Below the pieces are notes generated by a model that saw only the letters and a list, made by a program, of their open reading frames with translations, was not told the origin of the DNA and did no database searches. Positions 7,763-17,400 of a DNA stretch of 33,371 bases are shown piece after piece; the first letter of the stretch is position 1; every line of letters starts with the position of its first letter. The stretch is from contig JANXAX010000002.1 in assembly GCA_025062175.1 (NCBI GenBank), positions 1 through 33,371 on the forward strand, in the 5' to 3' direction. Origin of the DNA: Anaerolineae bacterium. Its GTDB lineage: Bacteria; Chloroflexota; Anaerolineae; 4572-78; NAK82. A program made the position numbers and the translations under genes.

Positions 7763-9964
7763 TCAGGGCCGGTGCACGTCAGAAACAACAATGCCGTCAA
7801 CTTTAAAGACATTGTCTTGCAAAGTGTGCCCTGCGGATGTCATCGAAAATCTTTGACCACTTACTGAGTCATATACGCCGAAGTGCAAGTAATAGGACCC
7901 CGGCGGTGTATCCGTCGAAACAGGCACGTCAAATCGATCTACCACCCTTGTTCCGGGAAACCATTGGCTAGATGGCCATAGACCAAATAATGGCTGCCGA
8001 TCCTTTTGTCCCCATAATGTGTTGTCCTTAACTAAATGGACAAACACTGTATAGTTACGATCGGTTGTCATTAGAAGCTGCCATTCGAACCACACAGAGA
8101 TCGTCTCGCCCGGCACTACGCTCCGTTTAACCAGACCGTATCCAAGCCAGCGAAGTCGTCGATCGCTCACCACATCGGGCAGATTGATTAATCGCAGTTT
8201 CTCTTGTGGGACAAAGACGCACCAATCAGCGGGGTAGCTTTTATATACGTGGGCTAGACTCCAATTTGGAATCGGCTTTCGTAGTTCCAGTCTGCCACTG
8301 CGATAATCAATATAGTCGCGAAAGATCGACTTATAACGACTCACCATCATAACGTCTAGGATTACGTAGTCTGCATCGATTGCAGCTGGATAAGCCAAAG
8401 CCTGCGATATAGTATTTACAGTGACCGGTAAGATGCGAAAGCGAATCCGATCGGTGTATTTCCAGAACGGTAGCGAATGGCTCGGCCCCCAGAGCACTGT
8501 GAATTTGTTCAGTTCACCGGCGGTTAACCAATGCAGCACTTGCTCGGCATCATGATTATGCCAACTGTCTGCCTCAAAGGGATTCTCAAGTGCCTCCACC
8601 CTGGGAAGAGTCCCCATCACAAACCAAACTGATGTCGCGATCAGGATTATAAATGACAACCGCGTGGTGATGAGGTTGAAAAGGGTCTCCTCATCGCATA
8701 GAGATTTACCATGTATCCTAGACACACCAGTGACCAACAACGACCCTATAAAAAGTAAAATACGCTCGCATACAAACCAGAACGCTTGAGCTGCTAGCAA
8801 ACTGGCAATTGGTATCAGGAACAAAAAGAAACGTGCCGCGATAACGATGTTGGTGTACCAAGCAAACATCAGGAAAGTTAAGCCGAATAACATGAGCTTA
8901 ATGACCATCATATGCGCGTTTGTGCGCAAATGTTCAGCGAGATGCGGTCTGGCCACAACAATAGTCCCAACGCCAAGCATTACCATCACCAACAGCGTTA
9001 ACCACTGATACCCCAACAAACGGGACAAAGTTTGTTCGAAACTAACTGCCCACGGCGTAATAGTTTCCCAGAATGGAAGCCACAGTCGTATAGCTCCATT
9101 CCACAATCTTTCTAGTGCCTGGTACAGGGTATGAGTGGCAAAGTAAGTTGTAACTGTCGGCAACGTGTGTGGATCCTCAACCCAGCTCTGCCGCCACTTG
9201 TCTAGCCACATGGCATGGGTCGTGGCGAAATTATAAAATGGCGAGCCAAATGCCCAGTAGTTGAATAGAAGCAGAGGCGCTGTGACTACGCTAAAGGTTG
9301 CCCCCTGAGCCAATATAGACATGGCTATCCGACGAGGATGAGGCCAGTGGGTTAATATAGCCGCTATTAGACCTGCTATCAACAAGAAGTTCCCCGTACC
9401 TTTAGTGAGGTATGCCAAGCCACTGAACAGCCCAACAAGCGTCCATTTACGGAGGCCATCCTTCTGTGAGACCGCGCAATACAGGAAGTACCAACCTATC
9501 CAGAAGACGAGAACCAGCAAGCTCTCTGCCAGCGCTGTGGTGGAATGATAAATAAATTCAACATTCAGGCTCAGGATCAGAGCAGCGAGCAACGCGGCTT
9601 TCTGTCCAGCGATATATCTGCCCAACAGAAATAACAACAGAATTACTCCAACCCCACATGCGAGGCTCACAATCTTTGCCCAGGTAAAGTAGTTCCAAGA
9701 GCGCTTTGCAAAAGGCAACAACAGGAGTGGATAAAGCGGATGGCGCGTACCATCCGATAAAATTCCTTTCTCTTTGAGGTCCAGTCCCAGCTGTAGCGTT
9801 ACCCCCTGGTCTCCAGCGTTAGAATTACCATTTGCGATTATACCCTGCCAGCCAAGCACTATAAATCGAAGGGCAATAGCGATCAACACTATAAATGTCA
9901 GGTAAGCAGATATGGGCAAACCCCTTTGCTTTAGATTGTTATTCGAACAGTGTGGATTGATCAT
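7763..9964 (-). CDS. large polytopic membrane protein, GT-C fold (ArnT/PMT, GT39-like) glycosyltransferase-like, with a C-terminal soluble beta-rich domain
   Basis: The N-terminal ~450 aa contain more than 10 hydrophobic segments with ArnT/PMT_2-like spacing. The C-terminal ~130 aa (GETISVWFEWQ...YTVFVHLV...PGSYYLHFGVYD) resemble the extracytoplasmic domain often appended to GT39-type proteins. GC content is clearly lower than in the neighbouring genes. Confidence 0.55.
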   Translation of the reverse strand: MINPHCSNNNLKQRGLPISAYLTFIVLIAIALRFIVLGWQGIIANGNSNAGDQGVTLQLGLDLKEKGILSDGTRHPLYPLLLLPFAKRSWNYFTWAKIVSLACGVGVILLLFLLGRYIAGQKAALLAALILSLNVEFIYHSTTALAESLLVLVFWIGWYFLYCAVSQKDGLRKWTLVGLFSGLAYLTKGTGNFLLIAGLIAAILTHWPHPRRIAMSILAQGATFSVVTAPLLLFNYWAFGSPFYNFATTHAMWLDKWRQSWVEDPHTLPTVTTYFATHTLYQALERLWNGAIRLWLPFWETITPWAVSFEQTLSRLLGYQWLTLLVMVMLGVGTIVVARPHLAEHLRTNAHMMVIKLMLFGLTFLMFAWYTNIVIAARFFLFLIPIASLLAAQAFWFVCERILLFIGSLLVTGVSRIHGKSLCDEETLFNLITTRLSFIILIATSVWFVMGTLPRVEALENPFEADSWHNHDAEQVLHWLTAGELNKFTVLWGPSHSLPFWKYTDRIRFRILPVTVNTISQALAYPAAIDADYVILDVMMVSRYKSIFRDYIDYRSGRLELRKPIPNWSLAHVYKSYPADWCVFVPQEKLRLINLPDVVSDRRLRWLGYGLVKRSVVPGETISVWFEWQLLMTTDRNYTVFVHLVKDNTLWGQKDRQPLFGLWPSSQWFPGTRVVDRFDVPVSTDTPPGSYYLHFGVYDSVSGQRFSMTSAGHTLQDNVFKVDGIVVSDVHRP

Positions 9965-10014
9965 AACTTTCTTCCGTAGTCCCAGAACAAATGGGTTTGG
10001 ATGTAGTGTTACTG

Positions 10015-11526
10015 TTATGCGACGCTAATTCCTAACCGCGCTGCAATACCAAGTGTCTGGACGGTCAAGCGGCAGAATTCTGCGTAAAAACGATCATATA
10101 AGGCTCGTTGCATCGGCTGCGGCTCATAACGCTGGCGCAGTTGGATCATGCGGCGCAGAGTTGTATAGTGATCGTCCATCGGAATCATTCCGCAGCCCAT
10201 TCCAGCCAGCAGCGCGGCGCCATAAGCCGCCGCCGCACTGCCTACTTCTGGTACCAGGACGGGCAGGCCGGTCACGTCGGCTGTGATCTGGTTCCACAAC
10301 GCGCTCTCCGCCGGACCACCTGTCAGGCGCAGCTCGTGAATGGCGATCCCTATCCGTTCCAGGCGTGCGATCGTCTCGCGCAGTGCATAGGCAGTGCCTT
10401 CCATTACGGCACGACAGAGGTCACCGCGCGTCGTGGTGGCGGTGAGGCCAAAATAGCAACCGGCGCGCTGCTGCGCAGGGTCGGGATTGGTGGAGATCAG
10501 CAGATAGGGGAGATACAGCAGGCCATGTGATCCTGGCGGGGAAGCAGCGGCCAGTTCGTTCATTTGGCGGAACTCAGATTCGCGCGCTGCGCCGAAGAGC
10601 ATGGTCGCCAGCCAGCGGTAACTGCCACCGGAGGCGACCACCTCACGCATGTCATAACGCACAAACAGTCCCGGGATGACTGAGCATGTCGTGTAAAGAT
10701 CGGGGTGATAGCCGCCCTCGGCGGTGGAAAAGCACAACAGCTCAGTCGTGCCACGCATCACCACCGACTGGCCCACATCCAATGCGCCCACTGCCAACAC
10801 GACCACTACCGAGTCCTGCGCACCTGCCACCACCGGCGTGCCTTCACATAGACCGGTGTCCTGTGCCGCCGTTCGGGTCACTCGCCCGACCACAGCGTGG
10901 GATTCACATAAGGTGGGAAATTTTTTCTCGTCAAGGCCAATGGCGCGCACAAAATGGCTGTTCCATGCGCGTTTCGTTCTGTCGAAGGACAGGTGGAAGC
11001 CCCAATCCGATGTGGTTGCTATGAAGTTACCAGTGAAGCGATAGATCAGATAGCTGAGCGTGGTGAGGAACTTGTATGTGCGCGCATAACGCTCCGGCTC
11101 GTGCTCGCGGAGCCACATCATCCGTGGTTCTGGTTGGTCGTAGATATTATTGCCGGTGACGTGCCCCAGCTCGTCTCCGAACAGCTGGCGGATGCGCGCC
11201 TGTTGTGCTGTCGCGCGGGTATCTGTCCAGATGAGCGCGTTGCCGAGCGGTTGCCCCTGCGCGTCTACTGGCTGGCAGGCACACCCTTGGGCACTGAAGC
11301 TGAGGCCTGCAATCTGAGCAGGGCTGATCCGACTTTCCTCCAGAACTTGGCGCACCGTGTGGCAGACACCTTGCCACCAATCCGCAGCACTTTGCTCCTG
11401 GTATCCCGGCGCAGGGGTGAACGTGGGGTGGCTATGTATCGCGCTGGTGAGGATGTGACCCGTCTCGTCGACCAGCACAGCTTTGGTGTTGGAGGTGCCG
11501 ACGTCAATCCCGAGCAGGTAGTGCAT
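10015..11526 (-). CDS. FGGY-family carbohydrate kinase (xylulokinase-like)
   Basis: MHYLLGIDVGTSNTKAVLVDE N-terminal actin-fold phosphate-1 motif, and a C-terminal FGGY_C-like part (LRLTGGPAESALWNQITADVTGLPV). The ATG at 11526 avoids a 41-nt overlap with moeA that the ORF-track start at 11601 would create. Confidence 0.85.
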   Translation of the reverse strand: MHYLLGIDVGTSNTKAVLVDETGHILTSAIHSHPTFTPAPGYQEQSAADWWQGVCHTVRQVLEESRISPAQIAGLSFSAQGCACQPVDAQGQPLGNALIWTDTRATAQQARIRQLFGDELGHVTGNNIYDQPEPRMMWLREHEPERYARTYKFLTTLSYLIYRFTGNFIATTSDWGFHLSFDRTKRAWNSHFVRAIGLDEKKFPTLCESHAVVGRVTRTAAQDTGLCEGTPVVAGAQDSVVVVLAVGALDVGQSVVMRGTTELLCFSTAEGGYHPDLYTTCSVIPGLFVRYDMREVVASGGSYRWLATMLFGAARESEFRQMNELAAASPPGSHGLLYLPYLLISTNPDPAQQRAGCYFGLTATTTRGDLCRAVMEGTAYALRETIARLERIGIAIHELRLTGGPAESALWNQITADVTGLPVLVPEVGSAAAAYGAALLAGMGCGMIPMDDHYTTLRRMIQLRQRYEPQPMQRALYDRFYAEFCRLTVQTLGIAARLGISVA

Positions 11527-11560
11527 GGAGCATCCCTGTTCTCCAGGTGTGCTTTTCAGT

Positions 11561-12784
11561 TCAGTTGTTGGCTGGTGTTTCCACGTCGCGTACGGGGGCA
11601 ATCAGCCATGCTTCCAGCTCGCTGCCGGCAGGGAAGGTCTCCTGCTCGGCCGGCAGCACCAACAGAGCATTGGCACCCACCATCGAGAGCAGACGGCCAG
11701 AGCCCTGATAGCCGGTTGTGTGGGCGGTGTAACGACCGTCGGGGTGACGTCGCACCACAGCGCGCTGGAATTCGACCCGGTCAGGTTCGTGTCGGATGGC
11801 ATGCTCGATGATGACCCGTTGACGTGGACGATACAGGTGGGTGTGTCCGGCCATCTTGAGCAATGCCGGGCGCACATAGACCTCGAAGCTCACCAGTGCG
11901 CTGACGGGGAAACCTGGCATGGCAAACACCGGAATGCCATCCACAGTCGCAAAAGTGACCGGCTTGCCCGGCCGGGCGCGCACACGGCCGAAGTGGATCG
12001 TACCGCGTGCCGCCAGGTACGGTTTGATCAGGTCCAACTCCCCCATGCTGACCCCGCCTGAAGTCAACACGGCATCGGCCTGGCGCAGCGCACTCTCCAA
12101 CGCTTCTTGCACAGCTTCCGCTCGGTCGGGGATGCGTCCCCAGTCGAGCGGTTGCCCGCCCGCCTCACGCACGGCGCTTAGCAAGCTGTAGCGGTTGGAG
12201 TCACGAATCTGCCCCGGTCGCGGTTGCTCGTGAGGATCGACCAGCTCGTCGCCCGTGGAAAGGACGGCCACCCGAGGACGGGGATAAACCGAGACGTGGG
12301 TCCGGCCGATGGTCGCCAACAGACCGATTTCAGCAGCGCCCAACACAGTGCCATGCGAAAGCACTCGTTGGCCGGCGGCTAAGTCTTGCCCTATTGGGCG
12401 GACATTATCGCCCGCAGCAGGTTGAACATGGAGGCGTATGGAGCTATCTCCCTCTGGACTGGTGTGTTCAATCATGACCACAGCGTCGGCGCCTGCGGGG
12501 AGCGGCGCACCGGTCATCACGTGCACCGCGCTGCCCGGAGTGACGGTGAGCGTGCCCATCGAACCGGCCGGTTGTGCCCCGATAACCCGGCGTACGGGCG
12601 ATGGATCCGCAGCGATCACTGCATAGCCGTCCACCGCCGAAGCAGCAAAAGGGGGCATTGCTTCCGAGGCATCGATGTCTTCGGCCAGGACAAAGCCCAG
12701 TGCATCTGTAAAGTTTATTGTCACTGGCGTAAGAGGACGTACGTGCTGCAGAATTGTCTCGATGGCAGCTTCCACGGAGATCAT
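11561..12784 (-). CDS. moeA: molybdopterin molybdotransferase MoeA
   Basis: MISVEAAIETILQHV..., SAVDGYAV, LSTGDELV and TSGGVSMGELD are classic MoeA/gephyrin-E motifs. The ATG at 12784 overlaps the upstream stop codon as ATGA. Confidence 0.9.
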   Translation of the reverse strand: MISVEAAIETILQHVRPLTPVTINFTDALGFVLAEDIDASEAMPPFAASAVDGYAVIAADPSPVRRVIGAQPAGSMGTLTVTPGSAVHVMTGAPLPAGADAVVMIEHTSPEGDSSIRLHVQPAAGDNVRPIGQDLAAGQRVLSHGTVLGAAEIGLLATIGRTHVSVYPRPRVAVLSTGDELVDPHEQPRPGQIRDSNRYSLLSAVREAGGQPLDWGRIPDRAEAVQEALESALRQADAVLTSGGVSMGELDLIKPYLAARGTIHFGRVRARPGKPVTFATVDGIPVFAMPGFPVSALVSFEVYVRPALLKMAGHTHLYRPRQRVIIEHAIRHEPDRVEFQRAVVRRHPDGRYTAHTTGYQGSGRLLSMVGANALLVLPAEQETFPAGSELEAWLIAPVRDVETPANN

Positions 12785-13179
12785 TGGGTAGGGTGATTCG
12801 CGCATGGTTCCCTCCCGGGGACAAATGGTTCGTCCGATTTGGGCAAGAGATCGCCAAAAGCTGCTTGGAAACGTTCCTGGATCAGCTCATCTAGACCACG
12901 CTCAAACTGTTGGAAGCGCTGGACATAGTCGGCTGCGGCAGGAGTCAGGCGTGCTCCTCCTCCGCCTACACCGCCTGTTTGGGTGCTCAACAAAGGAACA
13001 CCCAGGCATCGCTCACATTCCCGGATCTTGTCCCAGGCGCGATGATAGGGGATGTTCAGGCGCTGGGCAGCGGCAGAGATGGAGCCGGTTTCCTGCACGG
13101 CCAACAGCAGAGCGACACGCCAGCGGCTGAGCGCCACCTGGCCATTACATTCGATCCACACATTTGCCTTGGCTTGCAA
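12781..13179 (-). CDS. ModE N-terminal-domain-like winged-HTH regulator (no Mop/molbindin domains)
   Basis: GSISAAAQRLNIPYHRAWDKI...TGGVGGGGARLTPAA aligns with the E. coli ModE N-domain pattern (GSIS..A...ISY..AWD...GG.GGGGA.LT). TTG start is preceded by GGTGAGGAGAG. At 132 aa it is too short to include Mop domains. Confidence 0.8.
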   Translation of the reverse strand: MQAKANVWIECNGQVALSRWRVALLLAVQETGSISAAAQRLNIPYHRAWDKIRECERCLGVPLLSTQTGGVGGGGARLTPAAADYVQRFQQFERGLDELIQERFQAAFGDLLPKSDEPFVPGREPCANHPTQ

Positions 13180-13243
13180 GCTCTCCTCACCTTATGTCCC
13201 ATCGAGCTCGTCTTCTCTTGACCGCGCGAACGGTGCTGGGATG

Positions 13244-13762
13244 TCAAAGAATTGTGCCTCTTTTGCACCATTCCGCTTCATAGCGCAACAGCGCCGCTTT
13301 ACGTCCTACCCCCCAACGGTAGCCGCCGAGCGTGCCGTCTTCGCGCACGACACGGTGACATGGGATAAGCAGGGCAACTGGATTGGCCGCACACGCGCGC
13401 GCCACAGCACGCGCAGCATTTGGCCGGCCGAGTGCGGCAGCCACCTGGCCATAGGTGCGTGTCTGACCGCAGGGAATGCGCTGGAGCGCCTGCCACACTT
13501 CCCTTTGAAACGGGGTCGCGCGGACGTCCAGAGGCAATGCAGGAGGCGCACGGCGACCTTCGAGATAGGCCAAAACCGGGGTGATATAGTCGGATAGGGC
13601 GATTGCGCCACAAGCCAGAGCTGCCAGAGCGAACTCAGTGCGCAGCTGCGCTTCCAGCTCGGCGGCCGTGTCCCCTAGTTTGAGGGCACACACACCGCGC
13701 TCCGTGGCTGCAAGCAACAGCCATTCCAGCGGGCAGGGGAGGCATGCGTAATGGACCCGCAT
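13244..13762 (-). CDS. ogt: methylated-DNA--protein-cysteine methyltransferase (Ogt/MGMT)
   Basis: Active-site IPCHRVV motif plus GGYRWG, and TYGQVAAALGRPNAARAVARA HTH region. Confidence 0.9.
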   Translation of the reverse strand: MRVHYACLPCPLEWLLLAATERGVCALKLGDTAAELEAQLRTEFALAALACGAIALSDYITPVLAYLEGRRAPPALPLDVRATPFQREVWQALQRIPCGQTRTYGQVAAALGRPNAARAVARACAANPVALLIPCHRVVREDGTLGGYRWGVGRKAALLRYEAEWCKRGTIL

Positions 13763-13768
13763 AGCATC

Positions 13769-14266
13769 TCAGCCGATCGTGACCAGGATCTGATTCTGTT
13801 CGACGCGGTCGCCCGTCTTGACGCGCACGCTGCGCACAATGCCGCCGCGCGGTGCCTTGAACTCGTTCTGCATCTTCATCGATTCTAACACGACCACCCG
13901 TTCACCAGCCGCCACCTCCTGGCCGACGACGACAGGCACATCCACCACCACACCTGGCATCGGCGCCTTGATGAGGATCTCGCCCACTGGCGTCGTCGGC
14001 ACCCGCTGTAAGCCGGCCAGACGCCGCGTGCGCTCATCCTCCACTTTGACTTCAAAGAGGCCCTCCTGCATCACGAGCAAGTAACGTTCTTCTTGCTCGT
14101 CGATGTAGACATCATAGGAACGGCCGTCTACCAGCAGGGAGAACAGATGCGAGCGACCAATGCTCTGCATATCGACGACGTGCGGCACCCCGTTGACCGT
14201 CACCTCACCGGCGCGATTGATCTCGATGACGTATTCCTTCTCCTCGATAGTGGCAATGTACTTCAC
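13769..14266 (-). CDS. accB: biotin carboxyl carrier protein of acyl-CoA carboxylase
   Basis: C-terminal biotinyl domain with the attachment motif VLESMKMQNEF. Confidence 0.85.
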   Translation of the reverse strand: MKYIATIEEKEYVIEINRAGEVTVNGVPHVVDMQSIGRSHLFSLLVDGRSYDVYIDEQEERYLLVMQEGLFEVKVEDERTRRLAGLQRVPTTPVGEILIKAPMPGVVVDVPVVVGQEVAAGERVVVLESMKMQNEFKAPRGGIVRSVRVKTGDRVEQNQILVTIG

Positions 14267-14286
14267 GGGGCGATTCCCTCACCGGT

Positions 14287-15783
14287 TCAGCGCAGAGGTC
14301 GACGCAATGCGTCGCGCCGTGCGGCCATCTTCCACGGGCTGAGACGATCTTGGTGCAGCAGCACCGCTTGCTGCGTGCGCTGATGGGCAAATAGAGTGGC
14401 GGCGATGGCCGCGACCTCCGGGATGTGTGGCTGCACTGTCTGCTCGATAGTAAAGTGGTTTTCTAGGAAACGCGTGTCCAATTGACCTCCTTGATAACGG
14501 GTGCTGTTCATCACTTGAATATGGAAAGGGATTGTGGTCTTGACTCCCACAATCTGGTACTCCACCAATGCGCGGCGCATGCGCAAAATTGCTTCAGCAC
14601 GCGTCTCGCCCCAGACGATCAGCTTGGCGATCAGCGAGTCGTAATACGGTGTGATCTGCATCCCCTGATAGATACCGCTTTCCAGACGTACTCCAGGACC
14701 GGTCGGTTCCCAGAGGCCCACGATCTCACCCGTGGAGGGCATGAAATTGTGATAGGGGTCTTCGGCCAGGATGCGGCATTCGATCGACCAGCCTTTAATC
14801 CGGATGTCATCTTGGCTGTAGCGCAATTTGCGGCCGGCGGCAATGCGCAACATCTCTTTGACGATGTCGACTCCGGTCACCATTTCGGTCACGGCGTGTT
14901 CCACTTGCAGGCGCGTGTTCATTTCTAGGAAGTAGAAGTTGCCATCTTGATCCAGGAGGAACTCAACTGTGCCGGCGCTGACATAGCCCGCCTGTTTAGC
15001 CACCTTCACCGCTGCCTCGCCCATGCGCCTGCGCAGATCCTCGTTCAGGGCGAGCGACGGAGCTTCTTCGATCAGCTTTTGATGCCGCCGTTGGATGGAA
15101 CACTCGCGTTCACCGAGGTGGATGACGTTGCCGTGCTGATCCGCCAGGATCTGGAACTCGATGTGGCGGATGGTGTCCAACATTTTTTCCACATAGACGC
15201 GGTCATCGCCGAAAGCAGCACGCGCTTCGTTGCGCGCGAGGCGCAACGCCTCGGGCAACTCCTCGAGCGTGTTCACCCGGCGCATCCCCTTGCCTCCACC
15301 GCCTGCGGCTGCTTTCACCAACAGCGGGAAGCCAATCGCAGCGCATTTGGCCATCAAGTCGTCGTCATGGAGGGTCTCCTGGACGCCGGGGATGATCGGG
15401 ATGCCGGCGGCGGCCATAGTGTTGCGCGCCACTGTCTTATCACCCATCATACGCATTGCGGCGGGCGGTGGTCCGATCCAGATGAGCCCGGCGTCGAGAA
15501 CAGCTTGGGCAAATTCAGGGTTCTCGGCCAGGAAACCATAACCCGGATGGATGCCGTCGACCTGGGCTTTCTTTGCCACATCAATGATGCGATCGATGCG
15601 CAGATAGCTTTCGATGGCGGGCGCGGGGCCGATGCAATAAGCTTCCTGCGCATGCCGCACATGGGGCGCCGTGCGGTCCGCCTCGGAGTAGACGGCCACT
15701 GTGGCCAACCCCATCTCCTGACAAGCGCGCATGATGCGCACCGCGATTTCACCGCGATTAGCCACCAACACTTTCCTGAGCAT
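14287..15783 (-). CDS. accC: acetyl/propionyl-CoA carboxylase biotin carboxylase subunit
   Basis: MLRKVLVANRGEIAVRIMRAC N-terminus, ATP-grasp GGGGKGMR, and EMNTRLQVEH. Confidence 0.95.
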   Translation of the reverse strand: MLRKVLVANRGEIAVRIMRACQEMGLATVAVYSEADRTAPHVRHAQEAYCIGPAPAIESYLRIDRIIDVAKKAQVDGIHPGYGFLAENPEFAQAVLDAGLIWIGPPPAAMRMMGDKTVARNTMAAAGIPIIPGVQETLHDDDLMAKCAAIGFPLLVKAAAGGGGKGMRRVNTLEELPEALRLARNEARAAFGDDRVYVEKMLDTIRHIEFQILADQHGNVIHLGERECSIQRRHQKLIEEAPSLALNEDLRRRMGEAAVKVAKQAGYVSAGTVEFLLDQDGNFYFLEMNTRLQVEHAVTEMVTGVDIVKEMLRIAAGRKLRYSQDDIRIKGWSIECRILAEDPYHNFMPSTGEIVGLWEPTGPGVRLESGIYQGMQITPYYDSLIAKLIVWGETRAEAILRMRRALVEYQIVGVKTTIPFHIQVMNSTRYQGGQLDTRFLENHFTIEQTVQPHIPEVAAIAATLFAHQRTQQAVLLHQDRLSPWKMAARRDALRRPLR

Positions 15784-15797
15784 CGTGCCCTATACCC

Positions 15798-17348
15798 TTA
15801 CAGGGGGATGTTGCCATGCTTCTTAGGAGGATTCTGATCGCGCTTGTTCTGGAGCATCTCTAAGGCATTGATCAAGCGCGGACGGGTATGGCTGGGTTCG
15901 ATAATGTCGTCCAGATAGCCCCAGCTGGCCGCGACATAGGGATTGGCAAAGGCATTGCGATACTCTTCAATGAGCCGTGCCCGCAGGCGCTCGGGATCAT
16001 CTGCCTCGGCCAGCTCCTTGCGGTACAGAATGTTGATCGCACCTTCGGCGCCCATTACGGCAATTTCAGCGCTAGGCCAAGCGAGATTCACATCACCACG
16101 AATGTGCTTGCTGGCAATCACAATATAAGCGCCCCCATAGGCCTTGCGGGTGATGACGGTGATCTTGGGCACCGTGGCCTCGCAATAAGCGTATAACAAC
16201 TTGGCGCCGTTGCGGATAATGCCTCCACGTTCCTGGTCCAGGCCGGGCAAGAAGCCGGGAACGTCCTCGAAGGTGATAATCGGGATGTTGAACGCATCGC
16301 AAAAGCGCACAAACCGCGCTCCCTTGATGGAGGCATTGTTGTCCAACGCGCCCGCCAACACGCAGGGTTGAGATGCGACAATGCCCACGGCGCGGCCGTT
16401 AAGGCGCGCAAACCCCACGATCAGATTGGGGGCAAAATGTTCCATGACTTCCAAGAAATCCCCGTTATCGACCACAGTATGGATGACCTGTTTCATATCG
16501 TAGGGCTGGGTAGGGTCGTCCGGTACAATGGTGTTCAAGCGGTCGTCGGTGCGCAAGGGGTCATCCCGGCAAGGAACGACGGGTGGATCTTCCATATTGT
16601 TCTGAGGCAGGAAGCTCATCAACCGCCGCAAGATGTAGATGGCATCCTCTTCGTTCTCGGCGATGAAATGCGCCACGCCGCTCTCGGTATTGTGCATCCA
16701 TGCTCCACCCAGGTCTTCGAAGGAGACCTCTTGTCCTGTGACCGCCTTGACCACATCAGGGCCGGTGACGAACATATAGCTGGTGTTCTTCACCATCACA
16801 ATAAAGTCCATCACTGCCGGCGAATAGACTGCGCCTCCGGCGCATGGCCCCATAATGCAAGAGATCTGGGGAATCACACCGCTGGCCATGACGTTGCGCA
16901 GGAAGATATCCCCGTAGCCTCCCAGCGCCACCACGCCCTCCTGGATGCGCGCACCACCGGAGTCGTTCAGGCCGATCACCGGCGCACCGTTCTTCATCGC
17001 TAGGTCCAGCACTTTGCAGATTTTATCGGCGTGGGCGCGCCCCAGGCTGCCCCCCATGACAGTGAAGTCCTGAGCAAATACAAATGTCAACCGTCCGTCG
17101 ATGGTGCCGTAGCCGGTCACTACGCCGTCGCCCAAGGGCTTGTTATGTTCCATGCCGAAGCCCGTGGCACGGTGGGTCACGAAACAGTCGATCTCGCGGA
17201 AGGAACCTTCATCCAGAAGCAGCTCCAGGCGCTCATAAGCGGTGAGTTTTCCCGCCTTGTGCTGACGCTCAATGCGCTCTGGCCCACCTCCTTGCCGGCT
17301 CAGCGCTTTCATTTCGCGCAAGCGTTGGATCGAAGGGGTTAGGCTCAT
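15798..17348 (-). CDS. acyl-CoA carboxylase carboxyltransferase subunit (PccB / methylmalonyl-CoA carboxyltransferase 12S-like)
   Basis: Typical N-terminus ([27 protein letters not shown]) and two crotonase-fold carboxyltransferase halves, 516 aa in total. Acetyl- versus propionyl-CoA preference cannot be decided by eye. Confidence 0.95.
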   Translation of the reverse strand: MSLTPSIQRLREMKALSRQGGGPERIERQHKAGKLTAYERLELLLDEGSFREIDCFVTHRATGFGMEHNKPLGDGVVTGYGTIDGRLTFVFAQDFTVMGGSLGRAHADKICKVLDLAMKNGAPVIGLNDSGGARIQEGVVALGGYGDIFLRNVMASGVIPQISCIMGPCAGGAVYSPAVMDFIVMVKNTSYMFVTGPDVVKAVTGQEVSFEDLGGAWMHNTESGVAHFIAENEEDAIYILRRLMSFLPQNNMEDPPVVPCRDDPLRTDDRLNTIVPDDPTQPYDMKQVIHTVVDNGDFLEVMEHFAPNLIVGFARLNGRAVGIVASQPCVLAGALDNNASIKGARFVRFCDAFNIPIITFEDVPGFLPGLDQERGGIIRNGAKLLYAYCEATVPKITVITRKAYGGAYIVIASKHIRGDVNLAWPSAEIAVMGAEGAINILYRKELAEADDPERLRARLIEEYRNAFANPYVAASWGYLDDIIEPSHTRPRLINALEMLQNKRDQNPPKKHGNIPL

Positions 17349-17400
17349 AGTCCTTGTCTTTCCCGACCTTTCTTGGATGTGGGATGGTGTGTGAAGAACA

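Noticed and set aside
7354-10014. Mobile element or genomic island call for the low-GC segment.
   Set aside because: No integrase, transposase, tRNA target or flanking direct or inverted repeats are visible. Only compositional atypicality supports foreign origin, so it is reported as a finding rather than a mobile_element feature.
11527-11601. N-terminal extension of the FGGY kinase ORF (track start at 11601).
   Set aside because: It would overlap moeA by 41 nt. The conserved kinase N-terminus (MHYLLGIDVGTS) begins at the ATG at 11526.
10954-11811. 285-aa plus-strand ORF. Similar long antisense ORFs occur at 14947-15837, 16368-17003, 26716-27369 and 30999-31796.
   Set aside because: These lie entirely antisense to genes with unmistakable family motifs (FGGY kinase/MoeA, AccC, carboxyltransferase, kinase, SBP). 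Their translations are Arg/Ala/Gly/Pro-rich low-complexity sequence, typical of shadow ORFs in high-GC DNA.
13180-13243. Moco riboswitch upstream of the modE-like/moeA pair.
   Set aside because: The gap is only 64 nt, far shorter than the Moco RNA motif, and I saw no recognisable conserved structure.
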